Shown here in pieces: positions 58,311 through 64,000 of a stretch of DNA of 64,000 bases. The notes below the pieces were generated by a model, which was given only the letters and a program-made list of their open reading frames with translations, made no database searches and was not told the DNA's origin. This DNA is from a virus: positions 1-64,000 of IMG/VR virus record IMGVR_UViG_3300025141_012285, one strand, 5' to 3'. A program made the position numbers and the translations under genes. The stretch's first letter is position 1. Each line of letters starts with the position of its first letter.

Positions 58311-60107
58311 ATGTCTAAAAATCAAAAAAAGTTACTACCAATCGATTATACACATCGTGAGTTTGAAACTATCCAGCAAGATTTGTTGGAAATAGCCGAA
58401 CGATTCTACCCTGATTCATTTCAAGATTTCAGCGAGGCCTCCTTCGGCGCCCTTATGTTAGACGCTGTTTCGTATGTCGGAGATCAACTGTCGTTTTACT
58501 TAGATTATAACGTCAATGAATCGTTCCTAGATACATCATTTCAATATACCAACGTGGTTCGCCATGGCGCTATTTTAGGATATAAGTTTGCTGGGCGCCC
58601 ATCAACCTATGGATCCGTCGCACTCTTTATTCTTGTGCCAGCCACAACTACCGGTATTGGACCAGACACAGACTATCTGCCAATCTTAAAAAGAGGCACT
58701 TCGTTCTCCTCTGATTCTGGCCAAAGTTTTGTATTAACTGAAAACATCGACTTCGCAAGTCCCAAAAACACCTTTGTAGCAGCCCGCGTAGACGCCACTA
58801 CGGGCGCCCCAACCTATTATGCCGTCAAGGCCTATGGTAATGTGGTCTCGGGCCAGTTCGGCCAAGAGAGAATCCCTGTGGGCGCCTTCGAGCGATTTAA
58901 AAGCGTGACTCTTCTTACACAGAATGTATCTGAGATCATCTCAGTCTTCGACACGGAAGGAAACGAATATTTCGAAGTTGATTATCTTGTGCAGGATATG
59001 ATTTTTAAGGACGTTGCGAACTCGAACTACAAAAACGATAATGTCCCATCTATCCTTAAGCCCACCTTGGTATCTCGAAAATTCATAACGCAGTTTAATC
59101 GCGATAAGGTAACCCTTCAATTTGGAAGTGGTAAGATGGGCACATCTAATGTTATTGCTAATCCCCAAAATGTGGCAGTAGACGTTTTTGGAAAAACGTA
59201 TGTGACCACAACCACTTTCGATCCTACAAGATTATCGGACAACGAAAGCTTCGGCATCGTGCCCACTAACACTACTCTTATAGTTACATTCCGAACTACA
59301 AATGGCGCCAACTCTAATACAGCAGTCGGATCCTTAAACTCGGTGGCGTCGACAAACTTCCAATTTAAAGACGCGCAAAATTTACAGACCGCCAAGGGCG
59401 CCAATGTGCGCAGCTCATTGGAAGTAAACAACGAAGAACCTATTATGGGAGATGTGTCATACCCTACGACTAAAGAAATAAAGCAACGAGTATATGACAC
59501 TTTCCCAACTCAAAATAGAGCAGTTACTCAAACTGATTATGAAAACATAGCGTATCGTATGCACCCCAAGTTCGGAGCCATCAAAAGAGTTTCGGTACAA
59601 AAAGACTCCGATTCCCAAAAACGCAACCTGAATATGTATGTTGTTTCGGAAGATATAGCGGGTAAGTTAACTCTATGTAACTCTACTATTAAAAACAACT
59701 TAAAAACATGGCTAAATCAGTATAGAATGATTAATGACACAGTTGATATATTAGATCCATATATTTTAAATTTTGGAATTGAGTTTATAGCAAAACCACA
59801 GAAAATGTCTGATAAGTATATTGTTTTAGACCGCTGTATAGCAGCTTTGAAAAAGCACTATGCCCATCCTCTTTTTATAGGAGAAGCGCTTTATATTAGT
59901 GATATTTACGAAGTTCTCAAAAAAGTCTCAGGAGTTTTGGATGTTACAAAAGTTAAAGTTTATAACAAGAGCGGCGGAGCTTATTCTACGGCCGGAATCA
60001 ACATAAATGAGAATCTCTCTGGCGATGGCTCATATATGGTGGTACCCAAGAACGCAATCATGGAACTTAAATATCCCGATGTCGACATCACAGGAAAAAT
60101 TAGATAA
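58311..60107 (+). CDS. baseplate wedge protein, T4 gp6-like
   Basis: DFSEAS.G, LSFYLD..VNESFL, LGYK, LQFGSG, QNRAVTQTDY. Confidence 0.9.
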   Translation: MSKNQKKLLPIDYTHREFETIQQDLLEIAERFYPDSFQDFSEASFGALMLDAVSYVGDQLSFYLDYNVNESFLDTSFQYTNVVRHGAILGYKFAGRPSTYGSVALFILVPATTTGIGPDTDYLPILKRGTSFSSDSGQSFVLTENIDFASPKNTFVAARVDATTGAPTYYAVKAYGNVVSGQFGQERIPVGAFERFKSVTLLTQNVSEIISVFDTEGNEYFEVDYLVQDMIFKDVANSNYKNDNVPSILKPTLVSRKFITQFNRDKVTLQFGSGKMGTSNVIANPQNVAVDVFGKTYVTTTTFDPTRLSDNESFGIVPTNTTLIVTFRTTNGANSNTAVGSLNSVASTNFQFKDAQNLQTAKGANVRSSLEVNNEEPIMGDVSYPTTKEIKQRVYDTFPTQNRAVTQTDYENIAYRMHPKFGAIKRVSVQKDSDSQKRNLNMYVVSEDIAGKLTLCNSTIKNNLKTWLNQYRMINDTVDILDPYILNFGIEFIAKPQKMSDKYIVLDRCIAALKKHYAHPLFIGEALYISDIYEVLKKVSGVLDVTKVKVYNKSGGAYSTAGININENLSGDGSYMVVPKNAIMELKYPDVDITGKIR

Positions 60108-61711
60108 TGTCAATATTCAGATATACAGCTAGCCTCGACAACACGATTGTCAATGCGTTTCAACCCAATCTCACAACTAGAGGTACGGGCGCTAACTGTG
60201 GTCAGGCCGATATTGTTGAAGTTTATTCTATCTATGGCCATGCCCCAATGGCTACAGCATCGGCTACAAGCGGTTCTCAAGAGCTTTCACGCATCTTAAT
60301 GCAATTTCCTATTGCGAACATTACTGCTGATCGCACTGCAAACAAGATCCCCGCTAGCGGCTCTGTTTCATTCTATCTCAAGATACACAATGCCGAAACC
60401 TCAAAGACAGTACCGCGGGATTTTGCCCTTGAAGTCTTCCCGGTTTCGCAAGAGTGGGAAGAAGGCCTCGGTCTGGATCTTGAGAGCTATACTGATTTAA
60501 CCAAAGGCAACATCGGCTCCAACTGGATTATGGCAACCAAAACAACCGAATGGACCTCCTCTGCCAACGCAGTAGGCGGCTCATACTTAACCGGTACCAG
60601 CGACCCTCGATTCAAGCAGACTTTTTCTACCGGCCTTGAAGATTTAGAAATTGATATTTCGCCGCTGGTTGAACATTGGATTGCTGGCACGCGAGACAAT
60701 TACGGGGTAGGGGTGATACTCTCATCTTCGTACGAAGCTTATTATTCAGCATCAAATGACACTGACGTTACTCCCCTCTACACCGGCAGCATTATCAATA
60801 ATACCGGTGGCGCCACTGATTCCTACTACACAAAAAGATTCTTCGGAAGAGGAACACAATATTTCTTCAAGAAGCCTTGTATAGAAGCACGATGGGATAG
60901 CACAACCCGAGACGATAGAGGAGACTTCTATTACAGTAGCTCTCTAGCACCCGCCGCAGATAACAAAAATACTATCTATATTTATAACTATGTCCGCGGC
61001 AAGTTGCAAAACATCCCCGCCATTGGCACCACTGGCTCAATTATGGTGAGTCTCTACTCTGGTTCTGCTAAAAATAATGCACCCTCTGGTTCTAAACTAT
61101 TACTTTGCGATGGTCTTTACGCCGTAACGGGGGGCTATGTGTCCACGGGTATATACTCGGCATCTATCTGTGCGACTGCCTCGGCAACCCCAATTAAGAC
61201 TCTTTATGACGTTTGGTGGAGTGGCTCTCACGCCGCCTCTGGCCATGCCAAGAATGGTATAGAATTCTTTACGGGTTCGACAAAACCAAAGACGTTCGGC
61301 GCGACCACCGATGTCCGCGAGCCTACATACTATATTAATATTAGTAACTTGCAAAACCGTTACAGTCCCACGGAGACAGCACGGTTCAGCTTATATATCC
61401 GAAATAAAAATTGGAATCCCACCATTTATACAAAAGCGAAGACCACACCGGAGCATTTGCCGGTCGTCAGCGCCTCTTATCGTGTATTCCGCGTTTTAGA
61501 TGCTCTTGAAGTTCTTCCGCACGATACCGGTAGCGACTTCTCCACTGGACTCTCTTACGATGTGTCGGGTAACTACTTCAACTTTGATATGAAATTGCTT
61601 GATCCTGGATATGAGTATGGATTTAAGTTTGCATTTTATGATGACGAATTAAAATCTTGGCTTGAACAGGATGAAATGTTTAAGTTTAGAGTGGTAAACT
61701 ATGAGTATTAA
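60107..61711 (+). CDS. structural (baseplate/tail) protein
   Basis: SRILMQF...WEEG.G...TKRFF..P.IEARWD; coupled to the gp6-like gene. Confidence 0.7.
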   Translation: MSIFRYTASLDNTIVNAFQPNLTTRGTGANCGQADIVEVYSIYGHAPMATASATSGSQELSRILMQFPIANITADRTANKIPASGSVSFYLKIHNAETSKTVPRDFALEVFPVSQEWEEGLGLDLESYTDLTKGNIGSNWIMATKTTEWTSSANAVGGSYLTGTSDPRFKQTFSTGLEDLEIDISPLVEHWIAGTRDNYGVGVILSSSYEAYYSASNDTDVTPLYTGSIINNTGGATDSYYTKRFFGRGTQYFFKKPCIEARWDSTTRDDRGDFYYSSSLAPAADNKNTIYIYNYVRGKLQNIPAIGTTGSIMVSLYSGSAKNNAPSGSKLLLCDGLYAVTGGYVSTGIYSASICATASATPIKTLYDVWWSGSHAASGHAKNGIEFFTGSTKPKTFGATTDVREPTYYINISNLQNRYSPTETARFSLYIRNKNWNPTIYTKAKTTPEHLPVVSASYRVFRVLDALEVLPHDTGSDFSTGLSYDVSGNYFNFDMKLLDPGYEYGFKFAFYDDELKSWLEQDEMFKFRVVNYEY

Positions 61712-64000
61712 GGACTTATTTGGTAGAAATTATCTACCAGACAAAAGCATAAAAGAAATATCTGTCGACATTGAGTCGCCGGAGAATCTGCAGGCACAAA
61801 AAGCTCGGCAAGATAGTTTTATTCCGCAGATTGATTATGAGAACCCATACACATTTGCTAAGTACGGTTCTGCCAATCTTTATTATAATAGTGCTATTGA
61901 TCGTATCTTGGATTTTTATCCCTATGATGGATCTGATTCCGAAATAACTAAATTCTATAATAAGTCGCTGGACATTGAGAAATATATTTTTGATAAGAAG
62001 TATCCTCGCACAACTGGATACAGCATTATCTCTCCTGTTAATGTAACGAGTTCGGCCAAATATAGCGGCCGACCAGCTTATGGAGGCGCCGGGTATGGCA
62101 TGCCGACGGTTGCGGAATACATCACATTCAATGGCGGCCTAAACGTAGTTAACGAGACAACGAACATTAAAAAACTTGTACCGGATCCAACCAACAGCAA
62201 GTTCCAATATAACAACATTTATGATAATAATCTGTACGTAAACAGCGGCTTCCCTTCGGATTATGGTTCAGGTACGCGTCTCTCCAACCTCCGATCCGAC
62301 TTTGATACAGGGGTTACCATTGAATTCTGGGCTATGACCGGCGCACTTGGAACAAGTGTTACTGACCGACAGGTTGTGTTCGATATGTGGAATAATAATG
62401 CCACAGCTAGTGCCGACGAGTCTTACGGACGCATTCGTATCGAGTTGGCCGCCGACGGCGCTTACGGCGCAACAGAAAGTCCCTTTTTGATTACTGTACA
62501 ATCAGGAACTTTGAGCGCGAGCGCAGAACAGATAAACACTTCCTCCATTGGTACAGCAAATCTGTCACATAGCTTGTCAGATTGGCGACACTATGCATTT
62601 GTTTTAGAGAATTCCGGCAGCGCCTTTAAAGCATCTCTGTATGTGAACGGAGAACTGAACGATACAAACGTTTATTTATCGACGACTATGGGAGAGTTGT
62701 CATCCAAAAATATGCAAGGTCGCATCGGCGCCCTTTTAACGGCACCGGCTTATGTGTCAGATACCACTCTGACTGCGAGCCAGTTTGTTGGAGGCGGTAA
62801 GCTGAGCGGATCTTTAGATGAATTTAGATTTTGGAAAACTGCAAGAAACGCTGAGCAGATCGGCCGATACTGGTTTGATCAAGTCCGCGGCGGTACCAAC
62901 ACAGACATCTCTAATACAACGCTTGGTATGTACTATAAGTTCAATGAAGGTATTACCGGCGCCCCAACTATCGATAGCGTGGTATTGGATTATGCCGGCC
63001 GCTTATGCAACGGTACATGGACCGGATATTCGTCAGTATCGCGCAACACAGGCTCTGCCATTGTGTCCGCATCAGCAGCGCCTTTTGAATACCTAGACCC
63101 GATTATCCGACCACAACATGCAGGCATTTCTTCTTTACGAACAGAACTGACTGCGAAAGGCGAGCATCACGATACTCAAAATGCGGGACAGTTCCTCAAC
63201 TTGATACCCGCATGGGTAGTCGAAGAAGCCCAAGCTACGAACGATGCAGATGGACAAAGCAACATAGAGCAATTATCGCACATTATGGGCGCCTACTTTG
63301 ATAAACTTTACTTACAGATTTCAGCGCTGCCGTCCTTTAGGCACGAGCAATTTACAAGCTCCTCATATAAACCGCTGCCTTTTGCTCAGCATTTGCCCCA
63401 ATCATTGGGATTGACAACGCCGGACATATTTGTTGACTCTAAGATTCTCGAAAGATTTAAAGATCGCTCGAACACGGAAATGTTCGAGGGAGATTTAAAC
63501 GATACCAAGAACTTAATATATCAAAATCTTTACAATAGTTTAGCTACCATTTATAAATCTAAAGGTACTCATCGTTCCATTAGAAATGTCTTAAGATGTT
63601 TCAATATTGATGACAACTTGGTTTATTTCAATACGTATGCAGACAATCAAACTTATGAATTAAACACCAATCGCAAGCAAACGCTTAAGAAGCGTAAGAT
63701 GATTAACTTCAATACTGCATCCAATATGGAAGCAGTCGTCTATCAAGCTGAAGATCCGGCCTACCCGGCACCAGTTTCTCTAGGGTATATAACTGGTTCT
63801 GGAAAGCAAGCAATCCCGGGCCCATATGAGTTCGGAGAAGCTGGTAATCAAGATGGTTATGGGTTTACAGCAGAAGCAAGTATTAGATTCCCCCGATTCT
63901 TTAAGATTGCGGATTCCATGGATAGGAACTTTTTCACGTCTTCTCTATTTGGTGGAATGACTGTGATGACTGGCGCGACCGGCACAGGATATGCCGGAGG
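61701..64000 (+). CDS. LamG/concanavalin-domain tail/baseplate protein (runs off the window end)
   Basis: read manually: MSIKDLFG...FAKYGSA..YY...YPYDGS; TIEFW, WRHYAFV, LYVNG, GSLDEFRFW, YYKFNEG; no stop seen. Confidence 0.8.
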   Translation, partial: MSIKDLFGRNYLPDKSIKEISVDIESPENLQAQKARQDSFIPQIDYENPYTFAKYGSANLYYNSAIDRILDFYPYDGSDSEITKFYNKSLDIEKYIFDKKYPRTTGYSIISPVNVTSSAKYSGRPAYGGAGYGMPTVAEYITFNGGLNVVNETTNIKKLVPDPTNSKFQYNNIYDNNLYVNSGFPSDYGSGTRLSNLRSDFDTGVTIEFWAMTGALGTSVTDRQVVFDMWNNNATASADESYGRIRIELAADGAYGATESPFLITVQSGTLSASAEQINTSSIGTANLSHSLSDWRHYAFVLENSGSAFKASLYVNGELNDTNVYLSTTMGELSSKNMQGRIGALLTAPAYVSDTTLTASQFVGGGKLSGSLDEFRFWKTARNAEQIGRYWFDQVRGGTNTDISNTTLGMYYKFNEGITGAPTIDSVVLDYAGRLCNGTWTGYSSVSRNTGSAIVSASAAPFEYLDPIIRPQHAGISSLRTELTAKGEHHDTQNAGQFLNLIPAWVVEEAQATNDADGQSNIEQLSHIMGAYFDKLYLQISALPSFRHEQFTSSSYKPLPFAQHLPQSLGLTTPDIFVDSKILERFKDRSNTEMFEGDLNDTKNLIYQNLYNSLATIYKSKGTHRSIRNVLRCFNIDDNLVYFNTYADNQTYELNTNRKQTLKKRKMINFNTASNMEAVVYQAEDPAYPAPVSLGYITGSGKQAIPGPYEFGEAGNQDGYGFTAEASIRFPRFFKIADSMDRNFFTSSLFGGMTVMTGATGTGYAG

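Overview
This window is a 64 kb piece of a large myovirus-type (jumbo/huge) bacteriophage genome. Essentially all genes are on the + strand, and the standard code gives intact long ORFs. Positions 1-4.9 kb are an early region of small ORFs. Six sigma70-type promoters there each carry two extra phased TTGAC boxes upstream of the -35, and the region ends in a 6-copy TTGACA array and a C-tract. Positions 5-31 kb hold many small KOW/SH3-like proteins and envelope proteins (VWA lipoprotein, trypsin-like protease, TlpA lipoprotein, a CglF/GltF-like gliding-motility protein). This part also has three tandem genes sharing an MKLLLENWR leader, a B12 radical SAM enzyme, a KxDG ligase-like/HIGH nucleotidyltransferase fusion, a Fis-like protein, tmRNA, tRNA-Asn, tRNA-Gly, a eukaryote-type phosphomannomutase, PhoH and an IscU-Nfu-IscA Fe-S module. 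Positions 31.9-46.8 kb are a glycan biosynthesis cluster (6 glycosyltransferases, 2 sulfotransferases, split transketolase, RfbH, RfbB, Fcl, Gmd). Positions 47.8-64 kb carry a gp55-like sigma factor and tail/baseplate genes. The envelope genes suggest a Myxococcota/Bdellovibrionota host, which is an inference. All family calls come from motif recognition by eye; no database searches were run.
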